Below are positions 47,038 through 62,000 of a stretch of 64,000 nucleotides of DNA, one piece after another (the first letter of the stretch is position 1; every line of letters begins with the position of its first letter). This stretch comes from Candidatus Oxydemutator sp. (GTDB taxonomy: Bacteria; Pseudomonadota; Gammaproteobacteria; Poriferisulfidales; Oxydemutatoraceae): positions 1,632,001-1,696,000 of the forward strand of contig OZ241883.1 of NCBI GenBank assembly GCA_965203445.1. The letters run 5' to 3'. Position numbers and translations under genes: made by a program. The notes under the pieces are model-generated. The model worked only from the letters and a program-made list of their open reading frames with translations, did not search any database and was not told where the DNA came from.

Positions 47038-50000
47038 ATGCTCTACCAGGAGATTAAGCGCACGCGCGCGCGCGCGCGCCGATCAGGATTGCTTGTGTGC
47101 CTCTTCGTCGGGGGGGCGCTCGTCGCCACGCCGTCTTTTGCGCAAACCAGCACGCAGGCGGTCGCAGTGGGTTTTTCTTCCACGGGCTACAGCGTGCGCG
47201 AGGGCGACTCGCTTCCCGTGTGCGTGGCGATTACGTCACCGTCGGACACGGTCACGCTGGCGCGCGAATTTTCGCTGCAGGTGGCAACCAGGCCGGGCAC
47301 CGCCGGCACCAATGACTTCACCAACTTCGGCGATTTCTTCAATCCTGATCCGAAGATCGTCACGTTCGGCGACAGCACGCGCAGCGCCTGTTTCGACCTC
47401 GCGACCACCGAGGACGAAATCGCCGAAGAGACTGAGGAATTGTTTCTCGATCTGACGATGCCGCCTGCGAACGTTGTCATCAACCCGGCCGTGGCCCAGG
47501 TTACGATAGCGGACAACGATCTGGTGACCGTCGGCTTCGAGGCCGCCGAGTTGACCGTGGGCGAGAGTCTGGCCGAGGGCCCTTCGACGGCCACGGTGTG
47601 CGCCCAGGCTTTGAGTCCGCCCGTCATAGAGCGCAACCTCTCGCTGTCGTTGCGCACCACGGACGGCACTACCTCGGGCGCCGCCGACTACACGGCGCCG
47701 ACCACGCCGACGGTGGCCTTGGGTTCCTCCGTGCGCCGCGCGTGTCTGGACTTTCCGATAGTGGACGACGACCTCCGCGAGAGCGATGAATTTTTCACGG
47801 TGGACTTTTCCGGCGCGCCGCTGCCGACAACGGTGGTGCCGGGCGCCGTCTCCGAGGTGCGGGTCACGATAGTGGACGACGACGCCAGTTTCGGTTTTGA
47901 GCAGACCACGCTGACGGTGGCCGAGGGCGCCGCCGCCTCGGCGTGCATCTCGATAGACTCGGCCGAGGCGATTACCGCGACCGTGCGCATCGGCGACGGC
48001 AGCGCGACGTCGCCGGACGACTACACGCCCGGCGCGGTTACCCGCACCCTGGTGCTGCAACCCGACTCGCGCTCGTGCGTCGAAGTGGCCACCGTTGAAG
48101 ACGACGACTACGAATACGGCGGCGAGACTTTCACGCTGTCCTTCGTCGGCGCCCACCGCGCGCTGATCGCCGCCAGCGCCAGCGTGACGGTCGTGGTAGA
48201 CGACGGCCTGCAACCGATCACGATAGGTTCCCAGCAGGAGCTTTACCGCACGGATGAAGACAGCGGCGGCTTTTCCGTCTGCATGGTCGTGACGGATCCG
48301 ATTTCCACCTCCAGCATGCACCGCACCATCTCCCTGCGGGTGTCCACGGTAGAGGGAAGCGCGAGCGAAGGCACCGACTACGTGGCCATCTCGAATCAAG
48401 ACGTCGGGTCGTTCCATCAGATGACCCGCCGTCAATGTTTTGCCATCGAAATTTCGGACGACTCGATTCCGGAGGGAGATGAATCGTTCACCCTGGCCTA
48501 TGCGCTGGCTCCGGGCGTGGACGCGCGCCGCCTGACGATCAACCCGGCCGTCACCCGGGCACAGATCGCCGACAACGACGCCGCCGAGGTCGCCTTTGAG
48601 CACACCGCCCTGTCGGTGAGCGAGGGCGCCGGCGCCGAGGTGTGCGTGATCACGACCGAACCGGCCGACACCGAGCCCCTGGGCGACGCGTCGTACGCCG
48701 GTTTCAACGCCGTCGTCAACTCGGCGCCCGGCAGCGCTTCCGCCGCTGACTTCACCGCCATCAGCGGTCTGTCGGTCGGGCCCTTCAACAACGCCAACCG
48801 CGAGCGTTGTTTTCGCGTCCAGACCACCGACGACGACGTGTTCGAGAACCGCGAGTCGTTCACGTTGTCCCTCGGCCTGCCCGCGGGCCTGGGCAACGTC
48901 TCGGTCAAGGAGAGCGCCGCTGCGGTCGTCGTAACGATAGAGGACAATGAGCTGCTGGCGGCGCACGACGCCGACGGCGACGGCCTGCTCGAGGTGGACA
49001 CCCTCGAAAAACTCAACGCCATCCGTTGGGACACGAACGGCGACGGCGCCGCCGACTCCGCCGACGACACCGCGGCCTACGCCGCCGCTTTTCCCGGTAT
49101 CGCGCTGGCCCAGGGCTGTCCGCCGTCCGGCTGTTTCGGCTATGAGCTGACCGCGGACCTCGATTTCAACACCGGCGCCGCCGCGCGCACCGACGATCTG
49201 TATTACAACGCCAACGAAGGCTGGCTGCCGATAGGTTCGGGCGCCGCCAATTTCGCGGCGACCTTCCGCGGCAACGGCCACACGCTGTCCAATCTGTACA
49301 TCCGCAGAAGCGGCAACACGATAGGATTGTTCGAGGAACTGGCCGCCGGCGGCCGGATCGAGAGCGTAGGCATCGTCGGCGCGAACCTGGAGGCCAGGGT
49401 CATCGGCGCGATAGCCGGCGTCAACCGCGGCACGATAGCGGCCAGTTACGTGCTGAATGCGATGGGTACGGCGTCGGGTTCGCAACCCCGCGACGGCCCC
49501 GTGGTCGGCATCAACCGCGGCACGGTAGTCGCCTGTTACGCCGACCGGGTCATAGACAGCGAAGCTCACGGCGGCCTGATCGCCGCCAATTACGGCATCA
49601 TAAGCGCGAGTTACACGCTGGCCAGAGAAGGCTCCCCCGCCGATACCAACCCCGTGGCGGGCCTATGGCCGGGCGGCGTGATTCAGGCCACCTATTATGA
49701 TCGCAGCGTAAGCGGCGTCTCGCCCAATACCGGTCGCGACAGCGAAGCGCGCACCACGGCCGAGTTGCAGTCGCCGACCGGCTACACCGACCTCTACGCC
49801 GGCTGGAACGTGGACACCGACGGCGACGGCACGCCCGACAACCCGTGGGACTTCGGCACCGCGCTGGAATATCCGGCGTTGCGCTTCGCGCGCTTCACGG
49901 GCGCGGCGTTGCGCCGCGACCTGAGCCGCCAGCGCGACCGCCTGCAAGGTTCGGCACCGCGCCCGCAGCACGACGCCGACGGCGACGGCCTGATAGAAGT

Positions 50001-53000
50001 GGACAGCCTTGAGAAGCTGAACGCGATGCGCTGGGATGTGGACGGCGACGGCGTGCCCGCGGTCGCCGCCAGCGACACCTATGTCCAGGCCTTCCCGAGC
50101 ATAGGCGCCGACGGCTGCGCGTGCACCGGTTATGAGCTGACCGCACACCTCGACTTCGACACCAGCGCCACCGGCGTGCGCACCGACGACGCCTATTACA
50201 ACGACGGCGCCGGCTGGTCGCCGATAGGCACCGACGCCGAACCGTTCGACGCGGTGTTTCGCGGCAACGGCCACCTGCTCGAGAACCTCTACGCGCGTGG
50301 CGGCACCGAGACCCGCGCCGGTCTGTTCGGCGCGCTCGGCGCGTCGGCGCACGTGGAGGGCGTCGGCCTGATCGCCGCCGACGTGTCCGGCGCGCTCGCC
50401 GGCGCGCTCGCCGGTTCCGCCCAGGGCGGCGTCGTCGTCGCCAATTTCGCGCACGGCCACGTGCGCGCCGAGACGTCCTATGCCGGCTGTCTGATCGGGC
50501 GCATGGGCGGCGGGCTGGTAATCTCGAATTACGCCGCCTGCCGCGCCGTGTCCGGCCCCGACGGCGCCGGCGTCGGCGGGCTGATCGGCGCGATGGCCGG
50601 CGGCGCGTTGACCGCCAACTATTCGGTCGCGCCGGTCGCCGCGTCCACCGGCAGCGCCGGCGGCGTCGTCGGTTCCGCCACCGGCGGTTCGGCGTCGGCA
50701 AACTTCTATGATGCCGAGGCCGCCGGCGTTGCGACCTCGGCGCGTGGCGCCGCCAGAAGCGGCGCTGCGTTGCGCGCCCACATCACCTACAGCGGCGACT
50801 TCGCGTCCTTTGACGTCGACGTCGACGGCGACGGCAACGCCGACGACCCGTGGGATTTCGGCAGCGCGCGCCAATACCCGGTGCTGAAGCTCGCGCGCTT
50901 TGGCGACGTCGTCGCGCGCCAGCGCGCGCTGCTGCCGCACCCGCACGATCTCGACCGCGACCGCCTGATAGAGGTGGACAGCCTGGCCGGGCTGAACGCG
51001 ATGCGTTGGGATCTGGACGGCGACGGCGCCGCCGACGACGCCGCCAATGCCGCCGACTACGCCGAGGTCTTCCCCGATATGGACGCCAGTCCGTGCGACT
51101 GCATCGGCTACGAGTTGAGCGCGTCGCTCGATTTCGACACCGACGGCGACGGCGCGGTGACGCGCTACGACGCCGGCGGCGCGTACTACGACGGCGGCGC
51201 CGGCTGGCTGCCGATAGGCACCGTCGCCGCGCCCTTCAACACGGTGTTGGAGGGCAACGGCCATACCATCGCAAACCTGACGATAAACCGCACCCGAAAC
51301 ATCGCCGGCCTGTTCGGGCGCGTGGGCGCCGCCGGCGTCGTGCGCAACCTCGGCCTGATCGCCCCGAATGTAACGGTGGTCGGCAACACCGTCGGCGCGC
51401 TCGCCGGCAACAACAGCGGCGCGATCTATGCATCCTACGTCGCCGGCGGCAACGTGCGCGGCGGCTGGGGCACCGGCGGTCTGGTCGGTTACCTGGTCGG
51501 AACCGTAACCGCAAGCTACACCTACGTAGCGGTTTCCAACACCAGCCACGCGCTCGGCGGCCTGGTCGGTGCGATGGGCGTCTCCGCCAGGATCGCCGCC
51601 AGCTACGCGATCGGGAGCGTGTCCAGCAGTGGCGACAACCCAGGCAGAGTCGGCGGTCTCGTCGGCCATCTTGACGGTGCCAGCACCGGGCGCACGGTAA
51701 CCGCCAGTTACTGGGATACCGGCTTAACCGGGCAGAGCGACAGCCGCCTGGCCGGCGCCGACGGCACGCAGACGACCACGGCCCTGCGCACGCCGACCTC
51801 CTATACCGGCATCTACGCCACCTGGAACCTCGACCTCGACGGCGACGGCACGCCCGACAACCCGTGGGCCTTCGGCGACGCGTTCCAGTTTCCGGTATTG
51901 CGCGGTGCCGGCCACGACGTGGCCGCGCAGTTCGCGGCCCAGCCGAGCCGCGACGCGCGCCTGCGTTCATGGCGCGTGACCAATCTGGGTCTCGAGCTGC
52001 CGCTGCGCGAACGGGACTACTCGACGCTGTCGTTGGCGAGCCAGTTCGTGCGGCTGGTAGCCGTGGCCGAGCATCCGGGCGCGTCGGCGATGCAGGCGGA
52101 CGTGTCACGCTATCTGCCGGCCGACGGCACCAGCGGCACCTACGAGGTTACGGTAACCGCCGAGGACGGCGTTGCGACCAGGACCTACGGCGTGATTCTG
52201 TCTTGGGACGGGGAAATAGCGCTCAGCCTGTCCGGATCGGACAGCGGCGAGTTGTGCGCCACCGAGAATCTGGCGGCGGTCGGTGGCGGGCGGACGCGCG
52301 TGCGCGAGAGCGACGTGCGCGCCTGCTTTACGCTGGAACTTTCGCTGCCGTCGGGCCAGACGCTGGAGACGACGCGCACCGCCGTCGTAACGATAGAAAG
52401 CGCCGCGACCACCGGCTACGACGCCGCCGAAGCCGGCCTCGATTTCGTCGCCGCGGCCAGGAGAGTCGCGTTCTCGATAAACGCCAATAGTGGCAGCCAC
52501 GACGTATTTTTCGATCTGCTGGACGACCGCGTGGTCGAGCTCAGGCCCGAGCAATTCCGCGTCGTCGCGCGCCTTGCGGATGACGCCGGCGTGCCCGGCG
52601 ACGTGCTTGCGAGCACCTACGTCGACCTCGTCGAGGACGACGTGCTGCGCCTTGTGCCCGGTGCCGTGACGTCGCCGGTGGCCGAGGACGCGGGCGTCGC
52701 GTCGGTGTGCGTGCGCGCCGAGGTCGCCGCCGATGAGGCCGTGGACGTGATCGTCGCGGCGCGCGAGAGCGACCCGCCGTCGGCGCGCGCCGGCCTCGAC
52801 TTCGTCGCCGCGACGACGACGCTGACCTTCGCGGCGAATATCGCGGGCCAGACGCGGTGCGCCGTGGTGCCGATAGTCGACGACGCGCTGGTCGGCGAGG
52901 GCGACGAGACCTTCGTCGCGTCGGCGTACTATGCGCCGGGCGTGCCCGCCGCCGTGCGCGGCGCCGACGTCGCGGCCGTCGTGACCATCCGCGACGACGA

Positions 53001-56000
53001 GCCGATGCCCGAGAGGCCGCTGCTGCTCGACGCCGACGCCTACCGCGTCGCCGAGGGCAATGCCGCCGCGGTAACGGTGCGTCTGGCACCGGAATTGGCG
53101 CGCGTTCGCGGCTACGAGGCGGACGGCGTGCTGACCGTGGTGGCGGGCAGCGCGCGCCCCGGCGCCGACTACCGCGGCGTGGGCTATCCGTTCACGCTGC
53201 GCGCCGATCAGGGCGGTGCCGCGACGGTGCGCGTCGCGACCCTCGCCGACGACGTGCCCGAGAACACCGAAAGCTTCACGATAATCGCAACCAGCGAGGT
53301 CCTGGACGCCGAGACCACGGCGTTGGCCACGGCCGTGGTGACGATAGACGACGACGACGCGCTGGCGATCGCGCTCGAACCGACGGCCGTCGAGATGGCT
53401 GAGGGCAACGCGGTGTCGACGCGCGCGGTGTGCGCCGCGATCACCGAGCCGCCGGCGACGGCGCCGATGGAGCGCCGCTTCTCGCTGACGTTGACGGCCG
53501 AGGGCAGCGCCACTCTGGGCGGCGAATACGACTTCCCGGCGACGCTGGGGCCGTTCGATAACGACAACCGCAGACGCTGCGGCGAGGTCGCCCTCTACGG
53601 CGACGCGGTTTCCGAGGACGACGAATACTTCACGCTGCGCGTGACGCCGCTGCCGCCGCGCGTGACCGCGCCGGGCGACGCCGCGCGCGCGAACTTCATC
53701 ATCCGCGACGACGACGACCAGCCGCTGACCGCGTTCGCGCGCCGCCAGGTGGAGGAGCCGCCCGCGGCCGTTCCCGACGATCCGCGCCTGATCAACGTGC
53801 GCTCGGCGACCCAACTGCATCTGATGCGCTTTGACTTGAACGGCGACGGCGTCATTGACGCCGGTGTTTCCGGACAAGACAGAATAAGCTACGGCAACTA
53901 CATTTGGGGCGAGGCCGACCATTGCGGGCGCGTCGCCGGCGGTTGCATCGGCTATGAGTTGCGCGGCGATCTCGACCTCCGATCAAACTTGTTTGGAGCG
54001 ACCTGGAATCCGGTAGGCACCTCGGCGGCCCCGTACACCGGGCGCCTCGAGGGCAACGGCTACGTGCTCTCGGGGCTTTCGGTAAGCGCCGGTACCGGCG
54101 CCGGGCTGTTCGGCCACCTCGGTGATGGCGCCGAGGTGACCAACGTCGGCCTGGCCGACGTCTCGGTACGCGGCGGCGACCACGTCGGCGCGCTGGCCGG
54201 GCACACCACCGGCAGGGTGACGGTGCGCGCGGTCTACGCCGTCGGCGGCGACGTGCGCGGCACCGCCGGCGTCGGCGGCCTGATCGGCTTTGCCAGCACC
54301 CACGGGCGCACAAGCGTCGTCGCAAGCTACGCCAACGTGTCGGTGGCCGGCGCCGGCGCCGGCGTCGGCGGCCTGGTCGGAACGCTCGCGGGCGACGCGC
54401 TGATCCGCACCAGTTACGCCGCGGGCGCGATCACCAATACCGCGGCCGCACCGGGCGGCCTGGTCGGGCGCGCCGGGGCCGAGGCCGCGGCCACCGCCAG
54501 TTATTGGAACGTCGGCGGCGGCGCCGCCCACAGCGCGCTCGGCGTCGGCACGTCGGCGACCGCGCTGCAAACGCCGGCCGGCTACGACGGCATCTACGCC
54601 GCGTGGAACCTGGATCTGGACGACGACGGCGCCGCCGATAATCCGTGGGACTTCGGCGCCGCCGACCAGTATCCGGTGCTGCGCGTCGCCGGCCACGACG
54701 CGCGCGTCCAGTTTCTGTCGCAGCACGCGGGCGACGCCGCCATCGCCGACTACGACGACGACGACGACAACCTGATAGACGTGCGCACCGGCGCTCAGCT
54801 CTATGCGATGCGCTGGGACCTCGACGGCGACGGCGCGCCGAGCGACGCGACCGCCTACGCGCGCGCGTTTCCGCGCGCCATGGCCGGCATGGGCTGTCCC
54901 TCGGGGTGCGCCGGCTACGAGTTGCGCGCCGACGTGGCGGCGACGCGCTACCCGTGGTATTCGATCGGTTCGGACGCGTCGCCGTTTCGGACGACCTTCG
55001 ACGGCGGCGGCCATACGATTACGCGTATGCTGATACATCACACCAATGCCGACAAAGGCATGTTCGGGGTGATCGGCGAAGGCGCCAGGGTCGGCAACGT
55101 TACGTTGAACCGCTTCGATATACGGTTTGGCGGCACCAACGCGTCCTACGACACCGCCGGTGCGCTGGCCGGCGAATTGCGCCAGGGCTTCGTCGAAAAC
55201 GTCGGCGTCCTGGATCTGTATATGGGCTGCAACCAGAACGGGTGTGAGCGCGCAGGCGCGTTGCTCGGCCGGTTGACCGGCGGCACCGTCATAACCTCGT
55301 ACGCGCTCGGAGGAACAACCGAGGGCGGCGGTCTGATCGGCCAGTTGACCGGCAACGGCCGCCTCATCGCCAGTTACGCGCACGGTGTACGCGTCAGATC
55401 TCGGGAGCCCGAGGGCGGCCTGGTCGGGCGCAACGAGCGCTCCGAGATCGTCGCCAGTTACACCGCGGCCACCTACGGCGGGCGGGGACAGAACAAATAC
55501 GGCGGTCTGGCCGGGATCGACGTCGGCGGCCGCGTGCGCGCCAGTTACTTTGACGCCGACGCGCTGCGCACCTTCACCGGCGCGTGGAGCGATGCCGTAT
55601 TCGACAACCAAGGGTTGAGGCGGCGCGCTGCAGGCGTCAGACGGACTCCGGACGACGTGCGTGGCCAGGCCAGGCGCGCGTCGGAACTGACGCGCCCGAC
55701 CCGCTATACCGGTATCTACGCCGACTGGAACGTGGATCTCGACGGCGACGGCGCCGGCGACGACCCGTGGTACTTCGGTGACGACGACCAGTATCCGGTG
55801 CTGCGCTACGCGGCCGCCGGCATCGAGCGCCAGCTCGCGGCCCAGCGGACGCCGCCGCCGCTGCCGGTGGCCACGGTCAGCGCGCCGGCTGTGCACACGC
55901 GGCGCTACGAACCGGTGCGCTTCACGATCACGCTCGACACCGCGGTCGCGGTGTCGACTACCGTGTCGTATTATCTGACGCAGCCCGACGGCGGCGCCCT

Positions 56001-59000
56001 GGCCGAGGTCGACCTGGGTGCTACGACGCCGACCGCGGTCGAGGTGTTCAACGACGGCGACGTTGCTACCTTAGCGCCGCTGCCGGTGCGCACGGTCGTA
56101 CTGGCGCCGGGGCAGAGAACGGCGACGGTCGAGGTCAAGCTGAGCGGCGCCGGCGCCGGCGCCGACGGCGCGTTGAGCCTGTTTCTGGCGGCCGGCGACG
56201 GCTTCATCGTCGGCGTCGAATCCGATGCCCGCGTGACGGTGCACGGGCGCCAGCGCTACCTCGCGCCGAACCTGCTGCTCGCGCGCACCGTGGTGGCGGA
56301 ATCGAACGCCCGACCGACGATGCTGACGCTGCAAACCCTGCGCGTCGCGGCCGCTTCCTTCGGCAGGGCCGGGGTGCCGGGCGACTTCACGCCCGAGGCC
56401 GCGCCGGCCGATCTGCGCGTAAGCTACACCCTGGCCGGCAGCGCGCGCGGCGGCGCCGCGTGCGACGGCGATACCGATTTCCTGTGGCCGCCGGGCTACG
56501 ACGCCGGCCTCGGGCGCGGTGTCGCGAGCGCCGCGCCGCTGCCGCTCACCGTCTGCGCCGACGGCGTGCGCGACTACGCGCGCGAGGAGACGATCCTCTT
56601 TGAACTGGTCGAGGTGCTGGCGCCGACCCGGGCCAACCGCGCCGCCGCGAACGCGAACTACGTCGTGCCGCTGACCGGCTATCCGGCGTATCCGGTGGTC
56701 ATCCAGGACGACGACCCGATCAGGGTCGGCTTTGAGCGCGCCGCGTACGTCTTCGCCGAGGGCCAAAGCGGCGAGATGTGCGTCGTCTCCAAGGGCCCGA
56801 TAGCGGAGCCGTTTCAGCGCGGCGACGTCGAAAGCTTCCGCCTGACGGCCGACTTCGCCGGCCCCGGCGTCGCCGACTTCGCCGGCGACTTCCCGCTGCG
56901 CATCGGTTCCTTCAGCCGCGTTTCGACGCGCCACTGCGTCACGCTGACGCCGCTGGACGACGGCCTCGACGACGAGGGCGAGACCCTTGTGCTGGAGTTG
57001 GCGCGCCTGGACGCGGTGCTCGAGAGCGACGGCCGCGTCGACAACTACGCGCCCGATCATGATCCGCCCGGCGACGCCGAACCCTATGCGACGCAGGTCG
57101 CCTTCGCGCAACAGACCGCGACGGTAACGATCACGCGCGCCGGCTACGACTACGACGACGACAACGACAACCTGATCGAGGTGCGCACGCGCGCGCAACT
57201 CGACGCGCTGCGTTGGGATCTGGACGGCGACGGCGCGCCCGACGACGCGGACTTTGCGCCGGCCTATGCGCGCGCCTTCCCGGGCGCCGCGCCGGGCATG
57301 GGTTGCGCGGTGCGCTGCGCCGGCTACGAATTGCGCGCCGACCTCGACCTAGGCGACGCGCCGTGGCGTCCCATCGGCACCGCCGCGGCACCGTTTGCGG
57401 CGCGTCTCGTCGGCAACCGCCACGTGATCGCGAACCCGTCCATCACAACCACCGGAAACGACGTCGGTCTGATCGGCGTGCTTGGCGCGGGCGGCGTGCT
57501 CGAGTCGCTCGGCGTCGCAGGCGCCGCGATCAGCGGCGGCGCGCGCACGGGCGGCCTGGTCGGTCGCATGACCGGCGGCGCCGTCGTCGCCGCCTACGTC
57601 GCCGGCGGGCGCGTCGCCGGCGCGCGCGACGTCGGCGGCCTGGTCGGTCGCGTCGCCGGCGGGCGCATCGTCGCTTCCTGGGCCGGCGCGACCGTCGCCG
57701 CGCGCAGTTTCTGCGCCGGCCTGGCCGGTTCGCTCGCGGGCGGCGCCCGCGTCGAGGCCGGTTACGCCAGGGGCGAGGTCGAGGGCGTCGCCTGTCGCGG
57801 CCTGGTCGGCGGCGCCGCGGCCACGGCCCAGGTGAGCGCCTCGTACTGGGACGACGACGTCGCCGGCGGGCGCGTCAGCGACGGCGCGCCCGCGGCCGAA
57901 CCCAAGACCACCTCCGAATTGCAGACGCCGGTCGGCTACGACGGCATCTACGCCGCCTGGAACCTGAACCTGGACGGCCTTGCGGGCGCCGACAACCCGT
58001 GGCATTTCGGCACCACCCGCCAGTACCCGGTGTTGCGCTACGGCGACCCCGGCGACGGACGCGCGGTCATCGGCGTCCAGCGCGGCGATTACGACCAGGA
58101 TCGCGACAACCTGATCGAGATCCGCACCGCGTCCCAGCTGAACGCGATGCGCTGGGACCTGGACGGCGACGGCGTGCCGACGCCGGCGAACGCCGACGCC
58201 TACCGCAGCGCGTTCGCGGGTGCGCCCGCGGCCGGGGTGCGCTGTGCCTCGGCCTGCGAAGGCTATGAATTGGGCGCCGACGTCGACCTGGCGCCCGCCT
58301 TTGGCGCGGGCTACGACGGCGGGCGCGGCTTTCGCCCGATAGGCGGCGATTTTGCGGCCGTGTTCGACGGCAACGGGCGCGTCATTTCGGGCCTGTCCAT
58401 GCGCCGCCCGGACGCCGACGAAGTCGGCCTGTTCTCGGCTCTTAATGGCGCCGAAATCCGCAACGTGGGCCTGGTCAACGTCGACCTGGTCGGCGGCGAC
58501 AGAGTCGGCGCGTTGGCCGGCAGGACTACGGGTAGCGTGGTCGTGCGCACCGTCTACGTCGTCGGCGGCGTCGTTTCCGGCGACGCCGACGTCGGCGGCC
58601 TGATCGGCGAGCTGCGCGGCGACCACAGTAGAGAGAATCCTCGAATCGTGAGCGCAAGCTACGTCAACGTCCGCGTCGAAGGCCGGAGCAACGTCGGCGG
58701 CCTGATCGGGCGCGCGGCTGAGCCGGCGCTGCGCGCGGTCTATTCGGCGGGCGCCGTCGCCGCCGGCGGCGGCGGCCTCCTCGGCGCGGCCGACGAGGGC
58801 GTCGTCGCCAGCGACGCCTATTGGGACGTCACCGCGTCGGGGTTGCGCGACAGCGCCGCCGGCACCGGCCACGTTACCAGCGCGTTGCAGACGCCCGCCG
58901 GCTACACCGGCATCTACGCCGGCTGGAACCTGGATCTCGACGGCGACAACAATGCCGACGACCCGTGGGACTTCGGCGACGCCAACCAGTATCCGGTGCT

Positions 59001-62000
59001 CAAGGCCGGCGACCACGATACCGCGCTCCAATTCGCGGCGCAGCCGTCGTTGCAGGGGCTGCCGGTGGCGACGATCACCGGCCCCGGAGGATTGAGCGAG
59101 GCCGAATTGAACGACGTCGAAAGAGTGCAGGCGATCCATTTCACGGTGGCCCTCGATCGCGCGGCGGCGGCCGAGACGACGGTGTTCTACGACGTTTTGA
59201 ATCTCGGTTCGTCGGGGGGCGAAATCGTCGCCCAGGAAGACGCGGTGGCGGGCGATTCGCCTTTCATCAACGGCTACATTGCCGGCAGTACGCGCCCGGG
59301 CGACGCGCCGCCGGAACCGATCACGCAGGCCCTGGTGGACGTGAGGCCGTCCGTCGTCGCCAGGCCGCTGCCGGCGAGGCTCAGCGTCGCGATCCCGGCC
59401 GGGCGGATGAGCGCGCAGTTCTTTATCCGTTTGTCGGACATCGCAATTTCCGCCGAGACCTTGCGCCTGCGTCTGCGCCTGAGTCACAGAAGCGCGGGCG
59501 TGCTGATCGGGGAGCCGTCGTCGGCGATCGTGTTCAACGTGCGCAACGGCCGGCCTCTGTATCTGTCTCCTTATGCCAGCCTCGCTCCTGCCGTGGCCGA
59601 ATCGGCCGGCACGGTCACTCCGGATTTCCGGGCGTTTCGCTTCCAGACCAACCGGGTTCCGTACATTATTTCGGCCAACGGTTTCCTGCCGCGCCCGGTG
59701 CAGCCGCTGAGCCTGCGCTTCATCTATACGTTTGGGGGCACCGCCGAGGGCGGGTTTTCCTGCTCCGGTTCGACCGATTACCTGTGGCCGGCAGGCTACG
59801 ATCCCGTTGCGAACCAGGGCCTCGGGCAGCCCGCGGCACCGGGACTCGGGCGCTTCGGCGGCGCATTGCGGTTGTGCGACGACGACCGCAACGAGCCGAC
59901 CGAGACCATCTTCCCGCAGCTGCTACGGGTAACCACGCCGACGGCGGCGGCCACCACCGGCGGAACTTTCTTCGTGTTGCTGCCCGATTTTGAACATACC
60001 GTCTCGACCGCGGTGCGCATCATAGACGACGACCCGGCCACTATCGGCTTTGAGCGCGACCTGTATCCGATGACGGAGCGCGTCGCCGCGCCGGTGTGCG
60101 TCGTGATGCAGACACCTGCGCCGGCCATAACCGGCGGCGTGACGCTGACGGTCAGCGCCGAGGCCGGCGCGCGCGCCGAGTTGTCGGCGTCCGAGTTGGG
60201 GCCGTTTTCCGAGGACGCCGCGCGCCACTGCGTGGACGTAACGCCGCTCGATGAGGCCGGATTTGCGCTGTCGCTGGCGCCGACCGCGCCGCTGCCCGCA
60301 AGCATGGTGGTGATCGAGCCTGCGACGGCCGAGGTCGTGCTGGCGCCGCGCGTGGATTACGACGACGACGACGACAACCTGATCGAGGTGCGCACGCCGG
60401 CCCAGCTGAACGCGCTGCGCTGGGATCTGAACGGCGACGGCGTCGCCGATGCACCCCTCTACGGGCGCGCCTACGCGCGCGCGTTCCCGCGCGCCGCCGC
60501 GCGCATGGGCTGCGCCGGCACCTGCGCCGGTTATGAACTGCGCGCCGATATGGATCTAGAGGTACTGCGCGTCTCCACCGCCACCACCACCGTGAACTGG
60601 TCGGCGATAGGCGCCGAGCGCGACGGCGAACCGTTTCGCGCGATCCTCGAAGGCAACGGCAACGTGATCTACGGTCTCTACACCAGCGCCACCAACGCCG
60701 TCGGCGCGACGGGCGATGCGGCCAACGGCCTGTTCCACGCGATCGCCGCCGGCGCGCACGTCCGCTCGCTCGGCTTCGCCGGCTACTCGAACGCGACCCG
60801 CACCGCGGGCATCACGGTCGCCGGGCGCGACAACGTCGGCGTGCTCGCCGGGCGCATGAGCGGCGGTTTTGTCACCGCGGTGCACGTCGCCGCCGGTGCG
60901 CGCGTGATCGCGCACGGCGACGCCGCCGGCGGCCTGATCGGACGGATGACCGGCGGCACCATCCGCGCCAGTTACGCCGCGGCCTTGGTCGACGCCGGCG
61001 ACGGCGCCTGCGGCGGCCTGGTCGGGCGCATCGCGGGCGGCGGCGCCACGCCGCCGCGCATCGAGGCGAGCTACGCGCGCGGCGCGGTCGGCGCCGGCGC
61101 CTCAGGCGGCGACTGCGCCACGGGCGCGGCCGCCGGCGGCCTGATCGGCGCGACCGATACGGGCGCAAGCCCTGCGATAACGGCCTCGTATTGGGACGCT
61201 TCGGCTACGACCCATACCGGCGGCGGCGGCGCCAGCCGCACCACGGCGCAACTACGGGAACCGCAAACCTACGTCGGCATTTACGCCGCCTGGAACCTCG
61301 ACCTGGACGGTCAGGGCGGCGGCGACACGCCGTGGTATTTCGGCGCCACCGACCAGTATCCGGTGCTGCGCTACGGGCGCGACTTGCCGGCGTTGGCGGT
61401 GCAGCACGGCGACTACGACCATGACGACGACAACCTGATCGACGTCCACGTGCCGGTGCAGCTCGACGCGATCCGGTGGGACAAAAACGGCGACGGCGTG
61501 CCCGACGACGCGAGCGCCGCCGGCGCGGCCGCCCATGGCGCCGCGTTTTACGGCGCCGTCGCCGGCATGGGCTGCGCGACGACCTGCACCGGCTTTGAAC
61601 TGGTAAGCGATCTGGATGTGGCCGCCAGCCGCTACGCCGAAAGTGTCGCGGACGCCGGGTGGCGCCCGATTGCGCGCACGAACAACGTGGCGGACGCTTT
61701 TGGCGCAACCTTCGACGGCGGCGGTTACGTCGTCTCGAACCTGGTCGTCAACTCCGGCGGCGACGCGCCCGCGGGCCTGTTCGGCCTCGTGTCCGCGGGC
61801 ACGATAGCGAACGTCGGTCTGGTCAATGCGCGGGTCGCCGCCTTCGAGGGCGCCGCCGGCGCGCTGGCGGGCGCCGTGCTTGGCGGGCGCTCGACGATCA
61901 CGGCCGTGTACGCGGTGGACGGCAGGGTAGAGGCCGCCAACGCCCCCGTCGGCGGTCTCGTCGGTAGCATCGGCAACGACGCCGAGCCGTCCGACGCGCG

